A stretch of 64,000 bases of DNA from Candidatus Palauibacter rhopaloidicola (GTDB lineage Bacteria; Gemmatimonadota; Gemmatimonadetes; Palauibacterales; Palauibacteraceae): NCBI GenBank assembly GCA_026914155.1, contig JAPPGH010000020.1, forward strand, positions 1,068 through 65,067, given 5' to 3'. A program made the position numbers and the translations under genes. The notes below the pieces were generated by a model that saw nothing but the letters and a program-made list of their open reading frames with translations, was not told the DNA's origin and did not search any database. Below, piece by piece: positions 8,786 through 18,339 of the stretch (the stretch's first letter is position 1; the number at the start of each line of letters is the position of its first letter).

Positions 8786-9481
8786 ATGTCGGACGCACAG
8801 ATCCTGGTTGTGGATGACGAACCGGACATCCTGAGCGTGCTCGTCTATCACCTGAGCCGGGAAGGATATCGGGTCACCACGGCCGTGAACGGACAGGGCG
8901 CGCTGACGACCGCGCAGGCCGAGCAGCCGGACCTGATCATCCTCGATCTCATGTTGCCGGGCATGGACGGATACGAGGTGCTGCAGCGGCTGCGGGGCGC
9001 CGAGAGCACGAGTTCGATGCCCGTGATCCTCCTGACGGCGAGGCGAGAGGAGGACGAGCGGGTCAAGGGCTTCGAGGTGGGTGCCGACGACTACATTACG
9101 AAGCCGTTCAGTGCCCGCGAACTCACGCTCCGCGTCGAGGCGCTCCTGCGGCGGTCGAAGGCCGAACCATTCTCCACGTCGCGGAGGGTAACGGTGGGAC
9201 CGGTCGTACTCGACCGGGAGGCGCACCGGGTCTTCTCGGAGGGGGTCGAGGTGGACCTGACGCGGCTCGAGTACCGTCTGCTCGAAGTGCTGCTGGAGAG
9301 ACGGGGACGCGTCCAGACCCGCCGTCAACTGCTCCAGGCCGTCTGGGACACGAATGCCGCAATCGAAACGCGCACGGTGGACATGCACGTCGCCCGGCTG
9401 CGGACCAAGCTCGGGGAAGCGGCGTCCCTGATCGAAACCGTTCGGGGGATCGGCTACCGATTCCGCGCGCTGGACAAGTAG
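8786..9481 (+). CDS. phoB: OmpR/PhoB-family response regulator
   Basis: Receiver domain (VVDDEPD, DLMLPGMDG, KPF) plus a winged-helix C-terminus (RTVDMHVARLRTKL...GIGYRF). First gene of the pho/pst operon. ATG at 8786, with an alternative TTG at 8768. Confidence 0.85.
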   Translation: MSDAQILVVDDEPDILSVLVYHLSREGYRVTTAVNGQGALTTAQAEQPDLIILDLMLPGMDGYEVLQRLRGAESTSSMPVILLTARREEDERVKGFEVGADDYITKPFSARELTLRVEALLRRSKAEPFSTSRRVTVGPVVLDREAHRVFSEGVEVDLTRLEYRLLEVLLERRGRVQTRRQLLQAVWDTNAAIETRTVDMHVARLRTKLGEAASLIETVRGIGYRFRALDK

Positions 9482-9492
9482 TACGCGAGGCG

Positions 9493-9526
9493 GAGCCCGT
9501 TCGGTGAGGGAGCCCGTTCGGTGAGG
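9493..9526 (+). repeat. perfect 17-bp tandem duplication spanning the phoR start codon
   Basis: GAGCCCGTTCGGTGAGG occurs at 9493-9509 and again at 9510-9526. The GTG in copy 2 (9521) is the phoR start. The GGTGAGGG in copy 1 lies SD-like about 11 nt upstream of it. Confidence 0.9.
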
Positions 9527-10879
9527 CTGGGAAACCGCTTCTTCTTCGCAGCGGCCGCCGTGCTCGCGGTGACGTACTTCGCCGCCTGGTTCATTCTCCG
9601 GCTGGACGCGACGGGCGTGACGGTCGCATCCGCCGTCCTGGGGGGCACCCTGCTCCTGCTGTGGCCGGCCGCCCGACTGGTGGCCCGCAAGACCGACCGG
9701 GAACTCGGAGAGGCGCGGGAAGCCGTCGACCGGATCGCGTCGGGCGACCTTCGTCCCCCCCCGGGCGCGAGCGGCGCCAAGTCGGTCGGGTCCCTGGGTC
9801 AGGCGATCGACCGCATGGCCGGTGAAATGCGCGACCGCGTGAAGGTCTCCGAACGCGAGTCCGGCGACCTGCGGGTGCTGTTCGACCGGCTGGACGATGG
9901 CCTCGCCTTCATCGACCGGGAAGGACTGGTGAGTCTTTGCAACCCCGCCTTCGAGCGCTGGGCCGGACGCGATGTCACACCCGGGGCTCGAGTCGGCACG
10001 CTCTTCCGCTCTCCCGGCATCGCCGAGGCCGTGAGCGCTGCGCAGCGGGGAGAATCCACGACGGCGGAGGTGGAACTCGGCGAACACACCGTGCTGATGT
10101 CGACCCGGCCACACCGGTCGGGCGCCATCATCGTACTCCACGACCTCACCGTCCTGCGGCGACTCGAGGGGGTCCGGCGAGATTTCGTGGCCAACGTGTC
10201 GCACGAACTCAAGACGCCGCTCACGAGCGTGGTCGGTTTCGCCGAGGCACTCGTCGAGGGAGGCATCGACGCGGATCAGGCAGGTGGGTTCGCCCGGCGC
10301 ATTCTCTTCAATGCGACGCGCATGCGGTATCTGGTCGATGACCTGCTCGACCTTTCTCTCCTCGAATCGGGCAGTTGGAGCCCTGAGCCGGCGACGGTCT
10401 CGGTCGGGGCGATTGCCCGGGAGGCCTGGGACACGCTCTCACCGAAAGCCCGGGCGGACGACCTCAAGCTGCGCGTGTCGGGGACCGGGGAGCCCGCCTG
10501 GGCGGACCCGGATGCGGTACGTCAGGTCATGCGGAACCTGCTCGACAACGCGGCGCGCTACAGCGACGAGGATCCGGCCATCAGCGTGCGGGTCGCGGCG
10601 GATGGACGGTTCCAGCGCGTGGAAGTCTCCGACCGCGGGCCGGGGATCGCCTCCGCGCACGTCGAGCGCGTGTTCGAGCGCTTCTACCGGGTTGACCCGG
10701 CCCGTTCGCGCGCGCGGGGAGGGACCGGACTCGGGCTCGCGATCGTGAAGCACTTCGTCGAGGCGCACGGGGGTGAGATCGGGATCGAAAGCGCGCTCGG
10801 CCAGGGGACGACCGTGTGGTTCACGCTCCCGGACGCCGCGCGGAGACCGGACGGAAAGAGCGTCGATGTCCCGGCCTGA
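9521..10879 (+). CDS. phoR: phosphate-sensing histidine kinase
   Basis: N-terminal TM segments, a PAS-like region, the H-box HELKTPLTS and HATPase G-boxes ([18 protein letters not shown]). Confidence 0.85.
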   Translation: MRLGNRFFFAAAAVLAVTYFAAWFILRLDATGVTVASAVLGGTLLLLWPAARLVARKTDRELGEAREAVDRIASGDLRPPPGASGAKSVGSLGQAIDRMAGEMRDRVKVSERESGDLRVLFDRLDDGLAFIDREGLVSLCNPAFERWAGRDVTPGARVGTLFRSPGIAEAVSAAQRGESTTAEVELGEHTVLMSTRPHRSGAIIVLHDLTVLRRLEGVRRDFVANVSHELKTPLTSVVGFAEALVEGGIDADQAGGFARRILFNATRMRYLVDDLLDLSLLESGSWSPEPATVSVGAIAREAWDTLSPKARADDLKLRVSGTGEPAWADPDAVRQVMRNLLDNAARYSDEDPAISVRVAADGRFQRVEVSDRGPGIASAHVERVFERFYRVDPARSRARGGTGLGLAIVKHFVEAHGGEIGIESALGQGTTVWFTLPDAARRPDGKSVDVPA

Positions 10880-11795
10880 CGGACGGTTGCGGCCCCATGG
10901 GCGGCTTCGAGCCGGCCGCGGCCGGTGGGGGGAGCGCCTGATCGGGGCGCTACTCTTCGGCTGCGGAGCGGTCTCGATCCTGACGACCGTCGGGATCGTC
11001 GTGGTACTGCTCACCCAGTCACTCGGCTTCTTCACCGAGGTGTCCCCCCTCGAGTTTCTCGGCGGGACGCGCTGGTCTCCGGATCTGGCTCCGCAGTCTT
11101 TCGGGATTCTCCCGCTCCTGAACGGCACACTCCTCGTCGCGGGGGGGGCGGCGCTCGTCGCGCTCCCGGCGGGTCTGGCGACGGCGATCTACCTCAGCGA
11201 GTACGCGTCGAGACGGACGAAGCGGATCGTCAAACCCGCGCTCGAGATCCTCGCGGGCATTCCGACCGTCGTCTACGGCTATTTCGCCATCGTCTTCGTG
11301 ACTCCGGTTCTGCGGGCCGTCTTCCCCGGCGCCGGGGTCTTCAGTGCGGCGAGCGCCGCCATCGTCGTCGGCATCATGATCCTCCCCATGGTCTCGTCCC
11401 TGTCCGAGGATGCGCTGAGCGCAGTGCCCCGTTCGCTGCGGGAGGCCGCGTACGGCCTCGGCGCCACCCGGTTCGAGGTGTCGACGCGTGTCGTTGTGCC
11501 GGCCGGGCTCCCCGGGATCGCGGCCAGCTTCCTCCTGGCCGTCTCGCGCGCGGTCGCCGAGACGATGGTCGTGGCGCTGGCCGCCGGCGCGACGCCGCGG
11601 ATGACGCTGGATCTGCTCGAGAGCGTTCAGACGATGACGGCGTATGTCGTGCAGGCGAGCCTGGGCGACGGACCCTCCGGGGCCCTCGAGTACCGCGCCC
11701 TTTTCGCCGTCGGCCTGGTCCTCTTCTTCATCACGCTGGCCCTCAACCTCGTGAGTCGGCGCATGGCTACCCGCTTCCGCGAGCGTCACACGTGA
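10866..11795 (+). CDS. pstC: phosphate ABC transporter permease
   Basis: Multi-TM protein with the EAA-loop block [12 protein letters not shown]. The ATG at 10866 overlaps the phoR 3' end by 14 nt. Confidence 0.85.
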   Translation: MSRPDGRLRPHGRLRAGRGRWGERLIGALLFGCGAVSILTTVGIVVVLLTQSLGFFTEVSPLEFLGGTRWSPDLAPQSFGILPLLNGTLLVAGGAALVALPAGLATAIYLSEYASRRTKRIVKPALEILAGIPTVVYGYFAIVFVTPVLRAVFPGAGVFSAASAAIVVGIMILPMVSSLSEDALSAVPRSLREAAYGLGATRFEVSTRVVVPAGLPGIAASFLLAVSRAVAETMVVALAAGATPRMTLDLLESVQTMTAYVVQASLGDGPSGALEYRALFAVGLVLFFITLALNLVSRRMATRFRERHT

Positions 11796-12676
11796 GCTTC
11801 CCGTCCGGACGGCTTCGAGGCGGCCGCTTCGAACCGCGCGTCGAGGCCCGGCGCCGCGCGGGCATCCGGTTCATGTGGCTGTGCCGCTTCGCGGTGGCGT
11901 TCGGCGTCTCGTCGCTCCTGGTCCTCCTCGTGAGCATCCTCATGGCCGGGATTCCGGCGCTCTCGCCCGACTTCCTTGCGAACGACCCGTCGCGCTTTCC
12001 CGAACTCGCGGGGATCCGATCCGCCATCCTGAGCAGCGCGTGGATGCTGGCGCTGGTGGCGGCGATGTCCTTTCCGCTCGGGGTGGGCGCCGCACTCTAT
12101 CTTGAGGAGTACGCGCCCCGGAACCGCCTCACGAGCCTGCTGCAGACGAACATCGCGAATCTGGCCGGCGTACCGTCCATCGTTTACGGCCTTCTGGGCC
12201 TGGCGGTGTTTGTCCGCTTCCTCGCGCTGGAACGGAGCCTCCTCACCGGGGCCGCGACGCTGTCTCTGCTCGTGCTCCCGCTCGTCATCATCGCGGCCCG
12301 CGAGGCGATCCGCGCGGTTCCCGGCTCGCTGCGGGAAGCCGCGTACGCGCTCGGCGCCACGCGCTGGCAGGCCATCCGACATCACGTGCTTCCGGCGGCC
12401 CTGCCCCGCATCCTCTCGGGGACGATTCTCGCGCTCTCGCGAGCGGGAGGAGAGACGGCCCCGCTTCTCGTCATCGGTGCCTTCACGTTCATCGCCTTCG
12501 ATCCGGGCTCCGCCATGGACCCCTTCACGGTTCTCCCGGTCCAGATCTTCAACTGGACGACCGAAGCGAACGGGGAGTTCCGCGCGCTGGCGGCAGGAGC
12601 CATAGTTGTACTCCTGGGGGTTCTGTTGCTGATGAACGCCGCCGCAGTCCTGATTCGAAACCGATACGAGAGGTGA
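11792..12676 (+). CDS. pstA: phosphate ABC transporter permease
   Basis: [15 protein letters not shown] loop. The GTG at 11792 overlaps the pstC stop as GTGA. An alternative ATG lies at 11873. Confidence 0.8.
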   Translation: MSFPSGRLRGGRFEPRVEARRRAGIRFMWLCRFAVAFGVSSLLVLLVSILMAGIPALSPDFLANDPSRFPELAGIRSAILSSAWMLALVAAMSFPLGVGAALYLEEYAPRNRLTSLLQTNIANLAGVPSIVYGLLGLAVFVRFLALERSLLTGAATLSLLVLPLVIIAAREAIRAVPGSLREAAYALGATRWQAIRHHVLPAALPRILSGTILALSRAGGETAPLLVIGAFTFIAFDPGSAMDPFTVLPVQIFNWTTEANGEFRALAAGAIVVLLGVLLLMNAAAVLIRNRYER

Positions 12677-13434
12677 TCGTGCCGTCGGATGCGGTCCTCG
12701 AGACCATCGGACTCGGCGTCCGCTATGGCGAGACGCGCGTGATCGAAGACATCTCGCTCCGGATACCGGAGAGGCGAGTGGTCGCCTTCATCGGACCGTC
12801 GGGCTGCGGCAAGAGCACCCTCCTGCGCTGCTTCAATCGACTGAACGACCTCGTGCCGGAGGCCCGCATTACCGGGCAGGTGCTGTTTCGGGGACAGGAT
12901 CTGTACGGGCCAGCGGTCGATCCGGCCGATGTGCGGCGCTCGATCGGGATGGTGTTCCAGAGGCCGAACCCGTTTCCGAAGTCGATCTTCGAGAACATCG
13001 CGTTCGGACTGCGGATCAACGGCTTCAAGGACGACATCGGCGATCGGGTGGAGGTTTCGCTGCGGGCGGCGTCGCTGTGGGACGAGGTGAGCCACCGGCT
13101 CGACGCGGACGCCCTCGGCCTCTCGAACGGACAGCAGCAGCGGCTCTGCATCGCCCGGGCGCTGGCGGTCGAGCCGGACGTGCTCCTCATGGACGAACCG
13201 GCGAGCGCGCTCGATCCGATCGCGACGGGCCGCATCGAAGACCTCATCGGGAATCTGCGCGGGGACTACAGCATCGTCATCGTGACGAACAACATGCGGC
13301 AGGCCGCCCGCATCAGCGACGACACCGCCTTCCTCTACATGGGCGAACTCGTCGAGTACAAGGAGACGCAGCGCTTGTTCACCAATCCGGAGGACCGGCG
13401 AACCGAAGACTACATCACGGGCCGGATGGGCTAG
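12673..13434 (+). CDS. pstB: phosphate ABC transporter ATP-binding protein
   Basis: Walker [10 protein letters not shown], signature LSNGQQQR, Walker B LLMDEP. GTGA overlap with pstA. Confidence 0.9.
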   Translation: MIVPSDAVLETIGLGVRYGETRVIEDISLRIPERRVVAFIGPSGCGKSTLLRCFNRLNDLVPEARITGQVLFRGQDLYGPAVDPADVRRSIGMVFQRPNPFPKSIFENIAFGLRINGFKDDIGDRVEVSLRAASLWDEVSHRLDADALGLSNGQQQRLCIARALAVEPDVLLMDEPASALDPIATGRIEDLIGNLRGDYSIVIVTNNMRQAARISDDTAFLYMGELVEYKETQRLFTNPEDRRTEDYITGRMG

Positions 13435-13438
13435 CACA

Positions 13439-14107
13439 TTGTCCTTCAGGCAGTTCGACGACCGGCTGGACGACGTCACGCGGACGCTGCACCGGATGGC
13501 GCACGACATCGAGGAGCTGGTGCGGCGCGCGATGGCGCTCGTGGGTCAGCCCGCGGTGGATGCGGAGCCGATCCGGGAAGCGGACGACGCCATCGACCGG
13601 GCCGAGGTGGAGGTCGAGGAATCCACGGTGGAGATCCTCGCGCTCCACCACCCGGTGGCGAGTGACCTGCGCGTGCTCGTCACGGTCCTCAAGATCAACA
13701 ACGACCTCGAGCGGATCGGCGACCATGCGGTCAACATCGCCGAGGCGGCCGAACGGCTGGCGAAGGCCGAGAAGAAGGTCCCGGTTCCGCCCGAACTGGA
13801 CGAGATGAGCCGCATGGCCCGGGCGATGCTGCGGGATGCGCTCGACGCGTTCGTACACCGGAACGCGGACGACGCACGCTCCGTGATCGCCCGGGACGAC
13901 CGGCTGGACCAGCTCCAGGATTCACTGAGCCGGGTGATGATCACGCATATGCCGGACTACAACCTGTCGGCGTGCCTGCAGGTCATCCTCATCGGCCGCA
14001 ATCTCGAACGGATCGGCGACCTCGCGACGAACATCGGCGAGGACGTCGTCTACATGGTCCAGGGAATCACGATCCGGCACCAGGAGGGCTCCCCGGACCC
14101 CGCTTAG
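13439..14107 (+). CDS. phoU: phosphate signalling complex protein PhoU
   Basis: Two PhoU repeats with ERIGDHAVNIAE and ERIGDLATNIGE. TTG start 5 nt after pstB. Confidence 0.85.
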   Translation: MSFRQFDDRLDDVTRTLHRMAHDIEELVRRAMALVGQPAVDAEPIREADDAIDRAEVEVEESTVEILALHHPVASDLRVLVTVLKINNDLERIGDHAVNIAEAAERLAKAEKKVPVPPELDEMSRMARAMLRDALDAFVHRNADDARSVIARDDRLDQLQDSLSRVMITHMPDYNLSACLQVILIGRNLERIGDLATNIGEDVVYMVQGITIRHQEGSPDPA

Positions 14108-14158
14108 CGCCGTGGCTGCGCCTGGCGCAGCGGTCGCCCGCGCGTCGCCCGGCCTGGG

Positions 14159-16540
14159 TCAGTGCGAGGCGCTCCAGCGGTCGTCGATCTTGCGCCGGCG
14201 TTTCCGGACCGCCTTCAACATCCGGTTCTGATAGTCGATGGGACGCTCGTCCGGCGCGGGCTCGCACAGCACGTACTCTCCGGTCGGCCGCAGGTCCCAG
14301 GCGCACTGATTGTCGCGAAGGGCGAAGCGCAGCGTCTTGCGAAGGCGTTTCCGGATCCGCTTGTCGCGGACGGGCAGCAGCACTTCGACACGGCCGTCGA
14401 GGTTCCGGCGGCGCCAGTCCGCGCTCCCGATCCATACCTCGGGGCTCCCGTCGTTCTCCCACCAGAAGATCCGGTCGTGCTCCAGGAACCGGCCGACGAT
14501 GCTGCGCACCCGGATGTTCTCGCTGAAGCCGGGGATTCCCGGACGGAGCCGGCACTGGCCGCGGATGATGAGGTCGATCCTCACGCCGGCGGCGGACGCG
14601 GCGTAGAGGGCGCGGATCATCTTCGGATCGTCGAGACCGTTCATCTTCATGATCATGCGACCCTTCCGGCCGGCCTTGACGTGCGAGATCTCGCGCTCGA
14701 TCCGGGCGGTGAGGGCGTGTCGCAGGTCGCGGGGCGCCACGATGAGTTCCTCGTACTGCTGGTCGGGGGCGTACCCGGTCAGGTAGTGGAACAGGTTCAC
14801 CGCGTCGCGGCCGATTTCCGGGCGCGCCGTGAGGATCCCGAGGTCCGCGTAGATCTGCGCGGTCTCGGAGTTGTAGTTGCCGGTGCCGATGTGGCAGTAG
14901 GTGCGGATCTCGTCCCCTTCTTCGCGGACGACGAGCGCGACCTTGGCGTGCGTCTTCAGCCCGACGAGCCCGTACGTCACGTTGACGCCGGCCTCCTCCA
15001 GCACGGAAGCCCACTCCATGTTGTCGGCCTCATCGAAGCGCGCCGTGACTTCCACGAGCACGGCGACCGCCTTGCCCGCCTCGGCCGCCCGCACCAGCGC
15101 GGCGATGATCCGCGAGTGTTCCGCCGTCCGGTAGAGCGTCTGCTTGATGGCCACGACCGCCGGGTCCGCGGCGGCCTCCTCGATGAACTGCTGCACCGTC
15201 GCGGTGAAGGACTCGTACGGGTGGTGCACCATGAGATCGCCCGCCCGAATCACCGTGAAGATGTCGGGACGATCCTCCGTCTCGCCTTCGCGGATCAGAC
15301 GGGGCGGGATCATCGGCTCCCAGGGTTCGTGCCGGTGCTCCCAGGGGCCCTCGGCCGCGATCTGCCAGAAGCCCGACATCTCGAGCAGGCCCGGGATCTC
15401 GTACAGATCTTCCTCATCCAGTTCGAGCTGCCGAACCAGGAACTGTCGGACGTCGTCGGGCATGCCCGGCTCGACCTCCAGACGCACCACGCGCGCGAAG
15501 CGCCGCTCGCGGATTTCCTCGGAGATCATCTGCAGGAGGTCGTCCGCCACCTCTTCATCGCGCGCCACATCGGCGTTCCGGGTAACGCGGAAGAGCGAAG
15601 CGCTCTCGATCTTCATCCCCCGGAACAGTTCGTCCGCGAAGTGCCGCACGACCTGCTCGACGGGGACGACGTGCCCCCTCTCGGGGAGTTCGACCCAGCG
15701 CAGCGCCGTGGGGATCTTCACCCGCGCGAAGTGGCGGGTCCGGCGTTCCGGGTGCTCGAGCATGAGGGCGAGCGAGAGGCTCATGTTGGACAGGAAGGGG
15801 AACGGGTGTCCCGGGTCGACGGCCAGCGGGGTGAGGACCGGATAGATCCGATCCGTGAACGCCCGGCGCACATGCTCGCGCTCCTCCTCGCTCAGATCCT
15901 CGAAGTCGCGCACGGCGATGTCGAGTTCCGCCGCGAGGCGCGGCCGGAGGTCGTCCATCCAGACCTCCGCCAGCCGGGTCCGCATGGTCCGGACGCCCTC
16001 GCGCACGAGGTCCAGTTGTTCGGCGGGCCCGCGGCCGTCCGGCGATGGCTTCACCACGCCCGCGCCGAGCACGCGCTTGAGGCCGCCGACCTGCTTCATC
16101 ACGAATTCGTCGAGGTTGTTCTCCGTGATCGCGAGGAAGCGGAGTCGCTCCAGCAGCGGCGTCCGCTCGTCCATGGCCTGGTAGAGCACGCGCCAGTTGA
16201 AGTCCAGCCAGCTGAGTTCCGCGTTGAAATAGAGCGACGGGTGGCTCGGCTTCGCGTCGTCGGGCACGGGCTTCGGCGCCACGGCGCGCGGGAGAACCGG
16301 GACGCCGTCCACGCGGTGGCCGACCCGGTAGCCGGGCGGATGGGGCGGGGCGCCGGCGCCGTTCTCCGGAGCCGGTGCGCTCTCGGGGGGCGGCGGGGCC
16401 TCACGCGCCGGGGCCTCACGCGTCGAGGAGGGGTTCGCACCGGCGGAGCGGGGCGACGCGGCCGGGGAAATCCCTCCCGGACGGCGGCTCCCGTGATAGA
16501 GCCTCGGGCGGCGCGAAATCTCGTTCGACTCGGATGACAT
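14159..16540 (-). CDS. ppk: polyphosphate kinase 1
   Basis: PPK1 N-domain block YFNAELSWLDFNWRVL, plus tandem PLD-like C domains (HAKVALV...GTGNYN). It has a Pro/Ala-rich N-terminal extension of about 100 aa, so the true start is uncertain. Confidence 0.9.
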   Translation of the reverse strand: MSSESNEISRRPRLYHGSRRPGGISPAASPRSAGANPSSTREAPAREAPPPPESAPAPENGAGAPPHPPGYRVGHRVDGVPVLPRAVAPKPVPDDAKPSHPSLYFNAELSWLDFNWRVLYQAMDERTPLLERLRFLAITENNLDEFVMKQVGGLKRVLGAGVVKPSPDGRGPAEQLDLVREGVRTMRTRLAEVWMDDLRPRLAAELDIAVRDFEDLSEEEREHVRRAFTDRIYPVLTPLAVDPGHPFPFLSNMSLSLALMLEHPERRTRHFARVKIPTALRWVELPERGHVVPVEQVVRHFADELFRGMKIESASLFRVTRNADVARDEEVADDLLQMISEEIRERRFARVVRLEVEPGMPDDVRQFLVRQLELDEEDLYEIPGLLEMSGFWQIAAEGPWEHRHEPWEPMIPPRLIREGETEDRPDIFTVIRAGDLMVHHPYESFTATVQQFIEEAAADPAVVAIKQTLYRTAEHSRIIAALVRAAEAGKAVAVLVEVTARFDEADNMEWASVLEEAGVNVTYGLVGLKTHAKVALVVREEGDEIRTYCHIGTGNYNSETAQIYADLGILTARPEIGRDAVNLFHYLTGYAPDQQYEELIVAPRDLRHALTARIEREISHVKAGRKGRMIMKMNGLDDPKMIRALYAASAAGVRIDLIIRGQCRLRPGIPGFSENIRVRSIVGRFLEHDRIFWWENDGSPEVWIGSADWRRRNLDGRVEVLLPVRDKRIRKRLRKTLRFALRDNQCAWDLRPTGEYVLCEPAPDERPIDYQNRMLKAVRKRRRKIDDRWSASH

Positions 16541-16644
16541 GCGACTCCCTCGGTCACTCTCTCCTGGTCACCTGGCCGGCCATTTGCGGACGCAGGGCCT
16601 GTAATATAGGCCTGACGCCGCGTTTTCCGCTCGTTTTGGCCGTC

Positions 16645-18240
16645 TCAGCCGGAAGTTGGCGTCGAAACCAGGTCGAAGGTGACGTACGGTTCGAGGCCGA
16701 AGATGCGGGCGAAGAGCTTCCCCTTCTTGCGCAGCGCCCACTGCTCGAGGAGCAGGCTTCCCCTCCGCTCGAGACGGAGTTCGAGCCTGTCCTCGTGCAC
16801 GCGCGCATCGATGCTCTGCACGCGCTGGAGGTGCTCGCGGTCGAGGGAGTCCGCGATGCGAAGGAGGGCGGCGAGCCTCTCCACCCGTTCGCGATCGGGA
16901 GGATCCAGGTCGCGGTACAGGTAGTGGCTGCGGCGCGGTTCGGCCCGCCGGTGGTAGCGCGCCACCAGGGCGACGAGCGGGAGCTCGTTCGGCGCGATGC
17001 CCGGGATCTCGCTGTGAAGGATCAGGTAGAGCGAGTGCTTGTGGTGTTTCGCATAGGAGATGTGCTGCCCGATGTCGTGCAGGATCGCCCCCGCCAGCAG
17101 AATCCGCCGGTCGCGCGGTTCGAGGCCGTGGACCTCGGTGAGCTGATCGAACAGGGAGAGGGCCAGCGACGCGACGTGCCGCCCGTGATCCTCGTCGAAG
17201 AGGTATCGGCGCCCGAGTGTGAGCGCTCCTTCGTGGACGATCCGCTCCAGACGCCCGAAACCGGCGCCGCTCGTCAACTCGTCGACGAGGTCGAAGAGCA
17301 CGCCCTCCTTCACGCCGACTCCGGGGACGAGAATCTCTTCGGCTCCCGCGAGTTCGGCGACGCGGTCGTACACGATCGCGGCGGGGAGGATCACGTCGGC
17401 CCGGTCTTCGCGCAGGCCGAGCCGTCCGATGCGCTGGCTGTAGGAGAGGCGGGAGAACTCCTCGATCGCCATGGCGAGTTCGGCCCGCGTGATGCGGCGG
17501 GTGCCGTCGGCGGCGCTGTGACCCGCGAGGCGCGCGAGTTCCTCGATATTGCCGCCGGTGGCGATGAGCTGGACCGGCGTCCAGTGCTTGCTCGCGTGCG
17601 GAATGCGGAGCGTGGCGGCGTACTCCGCGAGCAGATTCGCGAAGTGCGCGGGCGCATCGTCCGCCCCCGTGAGTTCCTCGAGCAGCCGGACCGATCCCAT
17701 TCGGTGCGACTGGCTCCACATGATCCCGGACCGATCCGCCAGCGACACCTCGACGCTTCCGCCGCCGAGATCCACGAGCATCCACTTGGCGTCGCCGAAA
17801 TCGACGCGCTGCTTCACGGACGTCCACACGAGCCGCGCCTCATCCGTGCCGGAGATGAGATCGAGCCGGATCCCCGCGTCCTTCCCGACGCGGCGGACGA
17901 GATCCCCGCCGTTGCGGCTCTCCCGCACCGCGCTGGTGGCCACGGCGCGCACATGCTCGACGCCCAGGCGGTCGATTTCCTCCCGGAAGCGCCGGAACCC
18001 CTCTACGGTCCGGTCGATGGCGGAAGGCGACAGTTCCCCCGTGAGGAAGGCCGAACGTCCCAGCCGGACGGGAACCCGCTCCGAAGCGAGTTCCACGTAG
18101 CGGTGTGGGTCGACGAACTCCGCGGCGACGAAGCGGAACGCGTTCGACCCGACATCGATGGCGGCGACGCGCAGCGGGAACGGGAGCGGCTCCCGGCCGT
18201 CGGCGGTCTCGCGTGGCAGTGGTGGCGTCGTAAGCTGCAT
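16645..18240 (-). CDS. ppx: exopolyphosphatase (Ppx/GppA family) with C-terminal HD domain
   Basis: The AAIDVGSNAFRF and DLGGGS ASKHA motifs are present, plus HDIG. ATG at 18240, with an upstream alternative at 18303. It lies directly upstream of ppk. Confidence 0.85.
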   Translation of the reverse strand: MQLTTPPLPRETADGREPLPFPLRVAAIDVGSNAFRFVAAEFVDPHRYVELASERVPVRLGRSAFLTGELSPSAIDRTVEGFRRFREEIDRLGVEHVRAVATSAVRESRNGGDLVRRVGKDAGIRLDLISGTDEARLVWTSVKQRVDFGDAKWMLVDLGGGSVEVSLADRSGIMWSQSHRMGSVRLLEELTGADDAPAHFANLLAEYAATLRIPHASKHWTPVQLIATGGNIEELARLAGHSAADGTRRITRAELAMAIEEFSRLSYSQRIGRLGLREDRADVILPAAIVYDRVAELAGAEEILVPGVGVKEGVLFDLVDELTSGAGFGRLERIVHEGALTLGRRYLFDEDHGRHVASLALSLFDQLTEVHGLEPRDRRILLAGAILHDIGQHISYAKHHKHSLYLILHSEIPGIAPNELPLVALVARYHRRAEPRRSHYLYRDLDPPDRERVERLAALLRIADSLDREHLQRVQSIDARVHEDRLELRLERRGSLLLEQWALRKKGKLFARIFGLEPYVTFDLVSTPTSG

Positions 18241-18339
18241 CGCGGGAAACGTAGCCGCATCGATGGCGGCGCGCTCCTGTCCCCGACGCGCGGCCGGGGG
18301 CATCTTGGTGGCTTACGGTCAAGATCCGGGAGGTTCCGA

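Noticed and set aside
14162-16537. A 791-aa plus-strand ORF that exactly mirrors ppk1.
   Set aside because: It is a perfect antisense shadow of a gene with unambiguous PPK1 motifs. Its own translation is featureless.
16375-18339. An N-terminal extension of about 650 aa on the amidohydrolase ORF (16375..19662).
   Set aside because: The extension is antisense to ppx. A strong SD plus ATG and a signal peptide occur at 18340, where the amidohydrolase homology begins.
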